NCBI RefSeq assembly: GCF_009914755.1
Contig: NC_060933.1
Direction: 5' to 3' (one strand)
From: the human T2T-CHM13v2.0 reference genome, Homo sapiens
Length of the DNA: 64,000 nt
The notes under the pieces were generated by a model. The model worked only from the letters and a program-made list of their open reading frames with translations, did no database searches and was not told the DNA's origin. Numbering within the stretch: position 1 is the stretch's first letter; each line of letters opens with the position of its first letter. Position numbers and translations under genes: made by a program. Shown here piece after piece: positions 18,761 to 31,641 of the stretch.

Positions 18761-19060
18761 TATTCGGTGAAAAGGAAGTGATTCCAGGAGAAAAGAAAGT
18801 TAAGCACGGGTTCTCTTAATTAGTTCTGATTTATTTGCAATTAATTCTCCAAACTGATTAAATTTAAAGACATTGATTCAATTTGTGTAGGAGACACTGG
18901 TTGCCCATGGCTTGCAGTGGTAAAACAGTCACTAAAATTATTGCTTGTAGACACCTACAATCAAATGCTTTCAGGAGGCAAGGCTTTGGATGACCAAGTA
19001 TTTGTTGCCACAGACCATTTTCATGGAAATATATGACTATTTATTACATTAAAATAAAGT
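18756..19060 (+). mobile_element. ERVL 5' leader/gag-start-like fragment
   Basis: AACTGATTAAATTTAAAG...GACACTGGTTGCCCATGGC...GGCAAGGCTTTGGATGACC resembles the recalled ERVL internal 5' region. Confidence 0.5.
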
Positions 19061-19299
19061 GGAAACAGATATAGTAATTGATCTTAAGGGCATGGGATTA
19101 GGGCTAAAGGAATATAAAGTGGGATAGACCAAATGCACTGACAGTGATTCACCAACCAGATATTTTAAATTCCATATGTTAGCTTGAGAAAATCTAAAAT
19201 TGGGGTGGTGGAGATTGAAATGAAAGTAAGTAAAGTTATGATCCAACGCAGACATCTGGCATTACCTTATACCAATTTATATGGTTCTACAGTATCCAA

Positions 19300-19990
19300 C
19301 CCGTCTCTCTCAATTTAAGTTTACTATTTGCCTGATGTGCTGATTATCGTCTTTCTCTCTTAAATAATGGGTTTCCTAATGAGTATCATATTGCTTGGAA
19401 TATTTTATTTGGAAGGTTATTCCTGCTTTTGCAGTATTTAATTATTTTGAGTGGTGTAAATAATATTCCTTTGTGTAATAGAAGGTGCACAATTTATTTA
19501 GCCAAGGGCACTTTATTTGTGTCCAGGTGTTTTTAGTGGTGAATATTATTGCCTCGACCACTGATATGCATATTTCCTCAAAGGCATTTGTAAGAATTTC
19601 TCTTGGCTATATACCTAGAAGAAAAATGTTGAAGCTTGGGGTATATGAATAGTTAAATTTAGATACTCCAGTTGTTCCCCAAAGTGACTCTATCTTTATT
19701 CAGGTAACAAACCTGAACAAATGCCACCAATCTATATCTAATCCATCCCTTAGAATATTAGAGTTCATAATTTTTCCATTCAAATTAATATAAAATTATA
19801 TCTCATAATATTCCTGATTGCATTTTCTTAATTACACATGAGGTTGAACATTTATTCAAATATTCAGTAACAAAAAAGTGTTTGTTTTTACCTTTGTCCA
19901 TTTTTTTTAGTTGGGTTGTTTGTCCCCTTAATATTAATTTACAAGAGATTTTTATATACTCATGATACTCTTTATCAGTTATGCATGAGA
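19300..19990 (-). mobile_element. Degraded L1ME-like fragment
   Basis: AGAATTTCTCTTGGCTATATACCTAGAAG and TTGCATTTTCTTAATTAC...GAGGTTGAACATTT. Confidence 0.6.
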
Positions 19991-20024
19991 TCTGTGGTTA
20001 TTTTAAATTTAAGCCATTTATTTA

Positions 20025-20230
20025 TTTATTTATTTTATTTTTTCGAGTTTGACATCTGTATTCTGTATTTTTTGTATTATATTTTAAGTTTTAGGGTACA
20101 TGTGCACAACGTGCAGGTTAGTTACATATGTATACATGTGCCATGTTGGTGTGCTGTACCCATCAACTCCTCATTTACATTAGGTATATCTCCTAATGCT
20201 ATCGCTCCCCCCTCCCCCCACCCCACAACA
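20025..20230 (-). mobile_element. Severely 5'-truncated L1PA4/5-like stub with extra 3' sequence
   Basis: 20068-20230 matches the L1PA 3' end (compare 47212-47378); TSD TAAGCCATT(A)TATTT at 20010 and 20231. Confidence 0.92.
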
Positions 20231-23200
20231 TAAGCCATTATATTTAATGAAAATAACATGAAATTCTTGTCACAGTCTAATAAATTACATATTTTTAAAA
20301 TATTTCCTGGACACTTAAATTGAAATGTTTAATCTGTTTTATAATACAGCAAAAATTTGAATTTTCCTTTTGACTCTAATGGTCATTGAATTAACACAGA
20401 AGTTTAACCATTTGCATTTATTTTGTTAATTACATGTACAGAAAAAATTAACTGTATATATTTATTTTATAAACAATAATACAAAAATGTTGTTTTTAAT
20501 TGAGTTCTTATGCTTCCATGGCATTTTTTTCTTTTTATGCTATGTAAGTTTTTCCCCTAATATTTTTGAAGAGATAATCTTATTTTGAAATCTACTGGTT
20601 GTTAACTTTAATTTCAATAACTTACTGAAATCCACATTTCTCTTAGATATTAAATGAAGTAATTTTAAAATAAACACTGACTGATTTTAACTAAGAAATT
20701 TAGTCCACTTTATTTCCCCTTGCAGAATCACTGTGGATTCTCATTATAATGACCTTGAGTCACTAAGATAAAATTGAATTATGTTAATTCCATCTCTTTA
20801 AAGAGGTAAAATATTTTAATTTGAGAAAAAATGTTATCAGAATAATTCAAATAAAAACAAAATTTTGAAGCTTAGAAGTCATCTTTGTATAACACCTTAT
20901 TCTGGGATAATGATGAAATAATTAGATATATTAATAAATCTCTCATAGCCATATACATTTGTATTTTCTTACAGAACAAATTGCTGAAGTCTTTGCAAGT
21001 ATTCTGTTAGTAATCCTAGTGAATTCCATGAAATCTTTTGTGAATTTTGGGTAATTTGTGTTTAGTTTTGGAGTTCTGGGCTTGAGTAAAGCTTTAAGTG
21101 TGATAATGTGGGCGCCTGTGTAAAGTTAAACTTGGCTGAGATGCTCCATGAAGACTAAACGTGCCATTTGACCTCTTGGTGACTCTGTGGCCTCATTTGT
21201 AAATGGAAGTTTATGTTGCAACACTCCTGGGAGCACGATGATGTAATTGGCTCCAGAGTTCTCCCGGGCACCTTCCAGCGTATGAAAGATGTCTGGTGCC
21301 CAGAACAAGCTATCAGAAAAATAATAGTGAGAAGGAAACCCTTCAAATTTGAAGAATTAAAATAGCCAATAGATCCAGCAACTACCTAGAACGTTACCTT
21401 AAAATGTAATATCTAAAACAGTGGCCCGTCTATTCTGACATAGGATTATTTCTTCTACGGCTCTCTTTGACTCTTTACTGTATCTCTTTCTGCATCAATA
21501 TTTTCTGCCCTCAAATTTAAACATAAAGAGAAATGTGGTTTATATTGACAACCAGCTTGGCCATTGTTATGTAAACATCAACTTTCCTTGCAAATATGTC
21601 TTAAATACTTTATTGTAAGTTTAATTGGATGGCAAAAATGGACACTACTTCTACAGTTACTTCAGTCAATATCTTGGTAATTGCATTATTCATTGTTTTT
21701 TCCCCAGTATGGATAAACCTGTAAGAAGCAGGATGGGCATATATCCTTCTAACTGATTTGTAAGAAGTACTGAATTTGCCCAGAGTCTTTTAGTCAAGTT
21801 TCATATACCCAAAACATCATTTTATTCATGGAAGAACATGTTCCCAGAGATTCTAAACCCATTTTATGTGCTTTTTGTATGAGAGCTGAAAGCCAGATGC
21901 AATATAGCTGGAAAGGTGACTCCAGACTCTTCATCCCATCTAAGAATTTTAACTTCTATCTGAACTGGTGTTCCTGTAACCGATTCCTTAATTCATTTTG
22001 AAAGTTTCTACAAAGCTTTAAAATTCAAGAATTTGAACTCTTAGCATGATGTCTTATGAGGGCAGCCTTCCAGCAGCATGAAAGCTCTGTGACTGCTCTC
22101 TCTTTAGGTCTGGAAACTAAGGGAACACTTTGGAGTCACAGTAGTTGAATAAAGCATAGAGACTGATTTGGAATTTAGTGGGAGAGTGTTTAAAAAGTGA
22201 ATGAAACTGAAATTTATTAGCTGTGTGACTGTTTACATTGACTGTCTCCAGCCTCCTGCACATCAGGTGACATTCTCCAGCTTACTGCAATTAAAGCAAG
22301 ACTCATGTCATTCTTGTCAAGTTGGTACAAAACATAATCCCAATTGCTTTGTAAAAGATGAAAAACAAGATTAAAAAGCAAAACAAAAACCCTGAGATAG
22401 AAGCCTTTAGAACAGTAATTTTAAAAGTGACTTTCCTTTTCTATTAAAAAAAGAAAGGTGAATTAAAAGGAGCTGGCTATAAAACCAAGGGAAATGGAGA
22501 GACAGAAAACATACATTCTGCTGAAGACGATGCTTGGTAATTAATACCTGGTGGGAGTAACGGATCATTTCCTCTAGCTGGAGCACCAGATGCTTTGGAA
22601 TTAGGGACCCAGAGGATAATCCTCACTCTGAAGCATTAGTAATTTAGTCAAAGTGGTCTTCTTATGGATTTCTGTTTCAGTGGTTGAGATTTTTAATTTA
22701 TTTAAAAGTTGTGGTCACAGAGAGAAGATGGGGAGATGTGCGTAACAGTCAGCACATTTTTATAGATCCCAGGATTGTTCTCTAATCAAGCTGCCAGTCA
22801 CAGAAATATCCAGTGAGCTCCTAATTATCTCTAAACTTATATTACAAATAATGTAAGAGAAATGAAAAATAAAAAGCTATAAAGCTATACTACTTACCCT
22901 TGAAGATGTAATAGTTTAATAGAGAAGAGTACACATAAAACATTCCAAAGAAACAAGTCAAGTTAGGGTATTTTTATGCTTCATTACTAGTGGGCTTTCG
23001 AAGAAAAGCTCAGATTGAGTCCATTCAGCCTCACATCAGTCTACTGTTTTAGTGTGTGTGGGAGGGGGTTCAGGTGGGGTGGAGTTGCACATCTGTTCCA
23101 CATGGCCACCTCCTTTCAAGGTGTCCTGGGGCATATTCTATGCCTTGGGTGGGGATTTGCATTGAGGAAAGGGCATTTAGTGTCAAAAGCCATTTTAAGT

Positions 23201-23949
23201 GGGATTTAGGCATGAGGGGTTTTTGAATGGGGCCTGAGCAGAGTCTACTGACTTAGGCATCACCCCTATTAATCAATAAGAGATGTGCTAGCTGTTCTCA
23301 TGGTCCCATCTGGACCACAATGGGAAGGACAACCATTACAGCTCTTTGATATTGATGACTTACTGGGCTTTCTTACATGGACATTGGACTTCAAAGTGCT
23401 GGCCTGCTGGTGATATTGACAGAGAGAGCTTCTTGCTTTCTAGGAGCTGGGTGATTCCTTGAGCAGGCTCTGCTCCTGTTCACTTGACATCCATGTGAGA
23501 TCCCCTAGTTCTAGGACTCCTAGTCCTCTTCCTGGTCCAGTTCCTTCCTTTCCACATCTCTCTCCTCCATGACTCCTTAGACTCTGATACATTTATTTAG
23601 TTTCCAAGGGACAAGAAAAACTGATCCTTGCTGATCAACAATTTAAAATTTTTTCATTATTATTATTTTACAGCTGGACTACTGCTCTTGACAATGACAG
23701 CAAAGGATCTGACTCTTCTCTGGTTTTCTTGTGAATAAATCTTTTGAAGCAATGAAATGTCACATAGCCTTAAGTAAGAAAGTGTCCTGGTGTAGTAGAA
23801 ATTAAGGGGAAAATATTCTAGTTAATTAATAAACATATTATCTTGCTAGAGCTACAGAAGAATTTGATGTATCTCAATGATTAAGGAATAGAGCATTCTT
23901 CATATAGGTCAAAGAGACATGTATAGTGAGATAAAAAGTGAACCAGAAA

Positions 23950-24305
23950 TCAGAAGGTCTTGATTCCTGTTCTGGTATACTGGTCATATGACCTGGGGCA
24001 AAGTACTTACTGTCTACATACTTCAGGATTCTCCCTTTAAAAATATGCATAATGATACACATTACATTATTTCTACTACCTGGGTGATGGTACTGTGTTA
24101 TGGTTAAAGAAATTTAAAGTCAGCCTCTTTAATTTTGATTTTGGTCCCTACCACTTATTAGTCATGAGATTTGCTAAGTTACTCAATCTTTCTAAGCCCC
24201 AATTTCCTCAACAGCGTTGTGGTTAGGAATGAATGAAATCATATACGTATAGTATTTATATCTTTTCCTGGCACATAGATAAATTATTCAATAGTTGTTA
24301 ACTAT
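23950..24305 (+). mobile_element. Two adjacent MIR fragments
   Basis: TGACCTGGGGCAAAGTACTT; CCACTTATTAG...AAGTTACTCAATCTTTCTAAGCCCCAATTTCCTCA...CCTGGCACATAG. Confidence 0.65.
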
Positions 24306-25557
24306 TCTTGTTGCTACTGCCTCACCCCTTCTGGTGGCAAATAGGTTCATGAAGGATTAAAAAAGAAATGATATAAACTATAAGATTTTGTACATTTTAG
24401 TTTTAGACATTTTTATTGTGTTTTTCTTTCTAAAATAAAATCTATAGCCTCTTGTGTTTGTAAAGTTAGGCTATAGCATTTGATTTTTTTTCTTGAACGT
24501 GACTCCATGTCATCATTATGACCATCATTATGAATGTTACTCAGTGTCATCATTATGATGCTAATGTGCACAGTAGCTCTTATTATTTTTGTGTTTGCTT
24601 ACTTTTAAAAAATGCTTTCCCTTCGACAGACGAACTGTAACAGGCTATTATTTCTCATCCTTTTATTTATCCCTGATGGTCAGACCTGCTCTCTTTAGCT
24701 TGTCACACCAATATAAAGTGGTTTGGAAAATCAGATCACTGACTTATTTTAGAATTGTATATTTAAAAAGAATAATAATCTCAGCATAGTGATAGAGACC
24801 AAAGACTGCTTTTTAATTTTGTGGGGGAGGGGGTGGAATTGTTTGTTATTTGTTTGTTTTATGAGTTATTTTGCTTTCTTTGGTTTTCTTGTAAGCTGAT
24901 CCCATATAGATGACTTAATCATCAGAACAGAATGTAACAATGCAACTCTTTATGTCTCAATTTCAGTTATATTGCCAAGAAAAGAGTTGGCAAGGATTTT
25001 CATATTCTAAAGTAAGGGACTAGATCACACATACTAAAAACAGGTATTGTAAATTTTTTCTTTTAAGCTGAGATTGAAGAGACTGAGACAGAAGTTATGA
25101 TTTAACTAAATTCCACAACTCTTTTGGAAGTTGTCAGTGATGGAAGGGAGATAATTTCCTTATTTTTACCTTACATCTGGTAAGGGATGCTCTGATGCAA
25201 GTTCCGTAGTGCATGGGGGACGCAGTGGACTAGTGAGAGACCCACACTGGAGAAAGGTGAAGGACAAGAAGGTCACTGAATCAGGCTGTGGAAACAGAGC
25301 AGAAAATTGTAGGTAAAAAGTCACTTCACTTCCATCTGCAGTGGGCCTGTGTTTTGGGTGGGTATAAAGCTAGAGAGTCTCCTTAGTATTGTTTTAAATC
25401 TTACCCAAGTGGGCCACCTCAAAAGGTTAGGAGGCCTCAGTAAAAAAAGCCTGATGGTATAGTAAAGCTTGCTCAAGGGCCAAGGCAGGAATCCTCAGAA
25501 ATCTTCTGGATATTCATTCATCTGCGTCAGAGCAATTGCAGTTCAGGGATTCTCAGT

Positions 25558-26048
25558 TGTGTTCATTTCCTATTACTGCTGTAACAAGTTACCACAATTT
25601 TAGTGGCTTAAAATAACACACATTTTTTTTCTTTTGCAGTTCTGGGGGTCAAAAGTCTGAGATCAAGTTGTGGTCAAGCTGTGTTCCTTCTGGGGTCTCC
25701 AGGAGAATAATCTGTTTCTTTGGCTTTTGCAGCTCTGAACAGTCACCTTCATTCCTTGACTGTGGCTTCTTCCATCTTTAATGCCAGCAGCATAGCATCC
25801 TCACATTTTTCTCTGTCTTTTTCCCATAGTCACACAAGCTTCTGTGTTTAGGCCTTTCCTCTCTTGTCTTTCTATATAAACCCTTAGGATGGCAGTGGGC
25901 CCACTGAGAAAATCCAGGATAATCTCTCCATCTCAAGATCCTTAATTTAATTACATCTGCAAAATGAGTTTTGCCATGTTTTATAACCCATTCCCAGGTT
26001 CTACAGATCAGAATGTGGACATCTTTGATTATTACTTGGTCTGTCACA
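25558..26048 (-). mobile_element. MLT1D-like solo LTR
   Basis: TTCCTATTACTGCTGTAACAAGTTACCACAA...CCATCTCAAGATCCTTAATTTAATTACATCTGCAAA; reverse of the 11559-12316 type. Confidence 0.85.
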
Positions 26049-26609
26049 TCAGTGAAGGAGGGTAGCCCACGAACCCACCAAAGTACAGGAAAGGGAAGAA
26101 TTATCTTTAAATAAAGCCTAGCTAAGATAAACCTGGCACCAGATCAGGAGAGTACAAATCAGGAAGACATTTCCTACCTCTTACTGCCCCTTACTTCTTG
26201 TTCCATGACCCCAGGGAAAAACCTTTTGACAAGCTGGAGAGGAGAGAAGTACCAGCTAGGGAAACAGGAAAGAAGTGAATCATATGGTCCTTTTTTCCTA
26301 TTGTAAAATTTCTACTTAGAGCTACGTTGAGTTGATAGAGAAGGGAAGCTTTCATTTTAAATGAATTCAGAGTTGGTCATTATTGTGGAATGGGCATTAT
26401 ACCTGTAGTTGGTGACTCAAAGATACTGGAGGATATTTTTTATTATCTGACAGTAACCACAGAAGTCATGCCTGGGGCTCGTCTAAAGGTGGTAATTGGC
26501 CCTATAAAGTTGATTTGAACAGGTAGTACCAGTGGGAAAGGAAGGAGTAGGATTAAGCTGTTTTCTTATTGCACCTTGAAGGTTAAGCTTCTTTAACATA
26601 ATGGTTACA
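26049..26609 (+). mobile_element. Possible ancient MamGyp-type LTR (5' part may be 25180-25557)
   Basis: Ends ATTAAGCTGTTTTCTTATTGCACC...AATGGTTACA, like recalled MamGypLTR ends. Confidence 0.35.
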
Positions 26610-27245
26610 TAATATAATTCTAACTTTAAATTGTTTTATGCAAATGAAAATAATTAATAACTTAAAGATGACAAAAGTTAGCATTTGATTGGACAGTTAA
26701 GATGGTTATGGCCCAGAACTAGAGTTAGAAATTTTAATTCCTGCATATTCTTGGTTTAAGTGACATGAAAAGAGTAGCAAAAATAGAAACTCTGGAGAAG
26801 TAACTGCTAGCAGTGCAAACAGAAACAACAGAAGTGGCAAGATACGGAACCACTGATATTCATATAAAGTGACATTAAAGAACAAAAATTGCCACTGGGG
26901 AAAAGAGAAGAAAATGTGTTAACAAAAACAGAAATTTAGTTTGGGGATGTTTAGTGAAAGGGCACACTTAAACACCCTCCTGATATTAGGGCCATATAAC
27001 AAAGGCCTATCAATTAAAGAGCATACCTCTTTTGACTATTCCATGAAGGACCACTTGTCCCTTCATACCTCAATTATCTCTGAAATCTTCATTGTTCTAC
27101 AGTATGATATTACACTAATGTTAATTATATCTTTACCTCATGAAAAAGAAAGGTTACCTTTTTGGAAGCATAACATTTTCCATGGCAGGAACATGAATAA
27201 CACATTTTAGAGAGTTTGCCATAAAAAATCAAAGAACTGTTTCAC

Positions 27246-27743
27246 TGTTGTAACCAGCATCCATTATGACCCTCAGTGATTTCTTCTGGTCTCTTTGCCC
27301 TCCCTCTTTAAAGCAGGATTTTTCCTGAATGGCCAACAGAATGCAGTGGAATTGATGACGTATGATTTCCAAGACTAGGTCCTAAAAGGCATTACAACTA
27401 CTGCCTTGGTCTTTTGGATCACTTGTTCTAGGGGGAGCAAGCCATCATGTCAAGAGAATACTCAAGTAGGCCTGTGGAGAGATCTATACGAAAAGAAACT
27501 GTGGTTCTCAGCCAATAGCCAGCACCAACTTGCTGGTCCTGGAATAAGCCACATTGGAAGTAGGTCCTATAGCTCCAGTCAAGTCTTCTGATAACTGCAG
27601 GCCAATAGACATTGAGGCACAACTGCCAGATGAGCCACTACTGAATTCCTAATTCACCAAACTGTGAGTGATTATAAATGGTTGTTATTGTTTCAAACCA
27701 CATTTTGATGATGATTTGTTACACAGCAATAAGTAATGAGTAT
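27246..27743 (+). mobile_element. MLT1F-like solo LTR
   Basis: TTCCAAGACTAGGTC, GCCAATAGCCAGCACCAACTTGC, CCAGTCAAG, ATTTGTTACACAGCAATA. Confidence 0.8.
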
Positions 27744-30225
27744 TTTACTTTTGAAGAGTAAAGTGTCAATCAGCTGTGCAATTTTAGGTATTACATAATT
27801 TATTCTTCAAATATTTCAAGTGGCTAAACTAGTAATGTAATTATTTTTATCTATTTTATATTGATTTCATTGCATGACTCAATGTATTACCATTAAAACA
27901 TTAAGTAGTGGCCAATAGAAAAGAAATCCACCAGTCCTCAGTCTGTTATCAATGGTCATCAAACTGTGTAACATGTCACTGAGCATTTCTAATCTATTTA
28001 AATTAATGCCTTATTTCAGCAGAAAAAAAATAAAAATTTCTAGAAAATAAAGTCAAGTGAAAAAAAAATTCAACCTCTTAAAAAAAGATGGTGAGATACA
28101 TACACACACGCACATACACACACAGATGTATACATACAAATATACAGATAAATTAATGTATATTATGTAATACACATTATAGTATATTAATATATCCTAA
28201 TTTAGTCCTGTTGGACTCTTCTCCCAGTGACTTGGGTTAGATGTGCTACAGCACGAGAAGAAAAAAGAAAATCAGGTAATTCAGTTAAGCAGAATCCAGA
28301 GCAAATAATTCATCATTATGCAGCAATTACTCCTTAATTTTTTTTTATCCCTCTAACGGGGAACACAAATCAGTTCACTTTGAGAATGATACAATTTGAT
28401 TATCTCATATGAGATCTTCAGTTATAAAAAATAAACACAAATTCAGTTTTGTACCCTGTCCTTTTATAAAACAATTTTTACATTCCCTTCCTATGCTTCA
28501 AATTGTTGATGCCAGATCAAGAGTTCTACTGCAATGGAAAGTCTAAAGTGATTATATTCATTTTCTAAACTCTATGGGTATCTTTGATAGTATGTTACAA
28601 ATATTTACTCCCAGGTCAGTAAATATGTGGATATGTTGCTTATGAACAACTTGTCACTTATTAGAGTCCTAAACAATTATTTGGGTCTCAGAAAATACTT
28701 ATTTGAATTAAAAATATGAGCTTTAATCAATTCTTTATTGAATTCTTATGAGTACATATCTAAGTACTTTAAGAAATACAAGATATTAAATATATGTTTC
28801 CTGTCTTCTGGAGGCCCACATTCTAATAGTCGAAACTAGATACAATTGTAAGGCAAGTTAGGTAGTATTTTAAGTTCTATTTCAGCTTATAGAAACCAAA
28901 CAAAAGATGATAAAGGTCATGTATGATTATTTAAAAAAGGGATGATAGGCTTAAAGAAATCTGAATGGCAGTTTGGATCTTGAAATTATTTTTTTTAAGA
29001 TTTTCCTATATTCTTTTTTGAATGCATTTCTAGAAAGCTAGGTAAATACCAATAAAATGTTATACCATTTGTTTTGTTCTCAGTAGTTGAAACTGTATTT
29101 AGTATTTTTACCATATTCAAGTAGCATTTTTGTTTGGAGAAAATTTCCTTTTTTCTTTTTGATCACAGTGAATGATGTGTCAGTTGGGATGTTAGTGTTA
29201 ATACACCAATAGAACAATGACTAATAACATTGCTCACCTCGGGTCCAGAGAAATGATCCAGAGCTCACTATAGGACTGTGACAAGAGTAATCAGAGCAGC
29301 TGGAAAGGGCCCATTCAGGTTAGTAGCTACAGAAATATTTGGCCATAGACAAATTTATCGGCAACTGAACTCACCCTTTTCTGTTCCACACTTACTGTTG
29401 ACCCATAGAACCAAACATAGGCTCTTATTCTAACTCTGGTATTAAAGAGCTTCTTGATTTAGAGCACATTTATTAATTATTTTGAGACTTCTTTTTTCAT
29501 CCATTAAAGTGCTTAATAATATCAATTTAATGGTTTGTAGATATAATTAAATATACAACATGTGCATGATGTGTGAAACAAAAAAGGTCTTCAGAAAATG
29601 TTTATTTATTTTACTTTCGCTCCTTCTGAAGCTTTTATACTGAATATGTCTCAGTTATAAAGGCTGCACATTGAGTAAAATAATTTACAATATTGATTTT
29701 TTTTAATTCCAAAGAGTATTTTAATAGCCAGCAGCTATATATTTTCTCAATACAGCCACACAATGCTTCCGGATGAGATGATGGATTAGTCACATCTTCA
29801 CAGTGCTGCTGGGTGCCAGATTCTATTTATTAATCATCACTGTTTGGAGTGCTGTGTGGTAGAAGTTTCAGAAGAAATTTTTATATTAATTGCAAGGTTG
29901 AGAGAAAATTTTCTCAATGTAGCTAAAACTGTTTGGGGGAGACTATTACAAAACAAGAGAAAACAGTCACTAGTAAAATGTCAAATGTCCTATTTTGAAA
30001 TACAATGCTTTGATTCAAATAAAAGCAAGGAGGGAGGAAGAGAAGGACAGAGTTGGGCTGATGTCTACCCAAATCCATAACATATGTAGTCTAGTCTAAG
30101 GATTTGAGGAGCTTCATAATTAAGATCTTTAGCTTGCTGTGGAGATTAAATATTCACCTGCTGTTTTTCATCTTTTCTAGAGAATCTCTCTAAATTCTCA
30201 CCATTGTTTTGCAGCATACATTGTA

Positions 30226-30258
<33 letters not shown>

Positions 30259-30790
30259 AACGCGCACTTCCAAATAGTTAACAGGCAGCAGGGTCTCATT
30301 TGCTCAGCATATGTTTTCTCAGCCTTTGTATTAACAAGGTTCCTAGGAGTATTCAAAACATTTTTGTTCAAAGATAGGCTCCAAAGGATTTAAATTGTCA
30401 TCTGAGGTGAGAAAATCTGCCCAATCTAAGGCTGTCCTTGACAGGCCCTCCTCAAGTTGGAATTAGTTCTACATGGATTCTGCCACGTTTAATCGCATAA
30501 TTCAACCTTTCTGAGGTTATCCGCAGAATTTTGTTCAACTTTCAACTTCCACAGATCAGAAATATAAAGACCACCTGTAGCACATATAATCTAAATTTGT
30601 CTGCAAGTGGAGAATTTTTAACTATCAAATTGAAAGGGAATTAAATGGCTAGACAGAACTTATGCAATTTATTTTATTCCTATCCGCAGGTTCACATCTG
30701 CTGTCTCCTGAATGAACTCACTTTTATATTCTAAGTAATTACACCTCTGCTCTTTTTAACACAACTATAGTAGTCCTTAGTGTTGATAGA

Positions 30791-30793
<3 letters not shown>

Positions 30794-30842
<49 letters not shown>

Positions 30843-31068
30843 TATAGAGTATATACTCTATATAGAGTACTATATATAAGAGTACATATACTCTTAGAGT
30901 ATATGTGTATATAGAGAGTATATATAGAGTATATAGAGTATATACTCTATATAGTGTACATATATAGTATATATATAGAGTATATATATCTATATAGAGA
31001 GCATATATAGATGTATATTTCTATAGGTATCTAGAGAAAGCAAATATATATATATATATATATATATA
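30794..31068. repeat. (TA)23 plus degenerate TATAGAG/TATA repeat with palindromes
   Basis: Read directly. Confidence 0.95.
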
Positions 31069-31110
31069 GCATTGACTTAAATATTTAAGGTTAAAAGAAA
31101 ATTTCAAATG

Positions 31111-31290
31111 GATGCTGTTCAACATGGTAGTCACTAACCATATGTAAATAATTAGTTGATTAAAATGAAGTAAAATAAAAAATATTTCAGGCCATTGTTT
31201 GCACTAGCCTCACTTCAAATGTTCAGCGGTTGCAACAGTGCCGATTTAGAACATTCCTGTTATTGCGGAAGTTCTACTGGATGGCTTTAC
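31111..31290. mobile_element. MER3/MER33-like hAT MITE
   Basis: GCTGTTCAACATGGTAGTCACTAACCATATG...GCACTAGCC...AGAACATTCC...GAAGTTCTACTGGA. Confidence 0.75.
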
Positions 31291-31422
31291 TCTTGGAAAC
31301 TGCACTCTAAAGAATCTTTATATCGTAGCCCATGTCTCCTTAGGAAACAGATAATGGCAATGACACTTCCAACAAAGTATTCTTAATAGTAATGTGACAA
31401 GACTGGTTTAGGAAGTAGTTGG

Positions 31423-31577
31423 ACAGAAAAAAAAGACAAAGGGAAGGAAAGAGGGAGAAAGGAAGGAAGAAAAAAATGGAAAAGAAGGAAGGAAGGGATG
31501 AAGGAAGGAAGGGAGGGAGGAAGGAAGGAAGGGAGGGAGGAAGGAAGGAAGAGAGGGAAGGAGGAAGGAAGGAGGAA
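31423..31577. repeat. (GGAA/GGGA)n purine-rich repeat
   Basis: Read directly. Confidence 0.95.
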
Positions 31578-31641
31578 GCTTTGTATATGTCAGGGACATT
31601 TTTATATATAGTACCATATTAAATATTGGCTTATTTGACAA

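Noticed and set aside
31408-31641. Low-complexity ORFs on both strands
   Set aside because: Translation of the (GGAA)n repeat.
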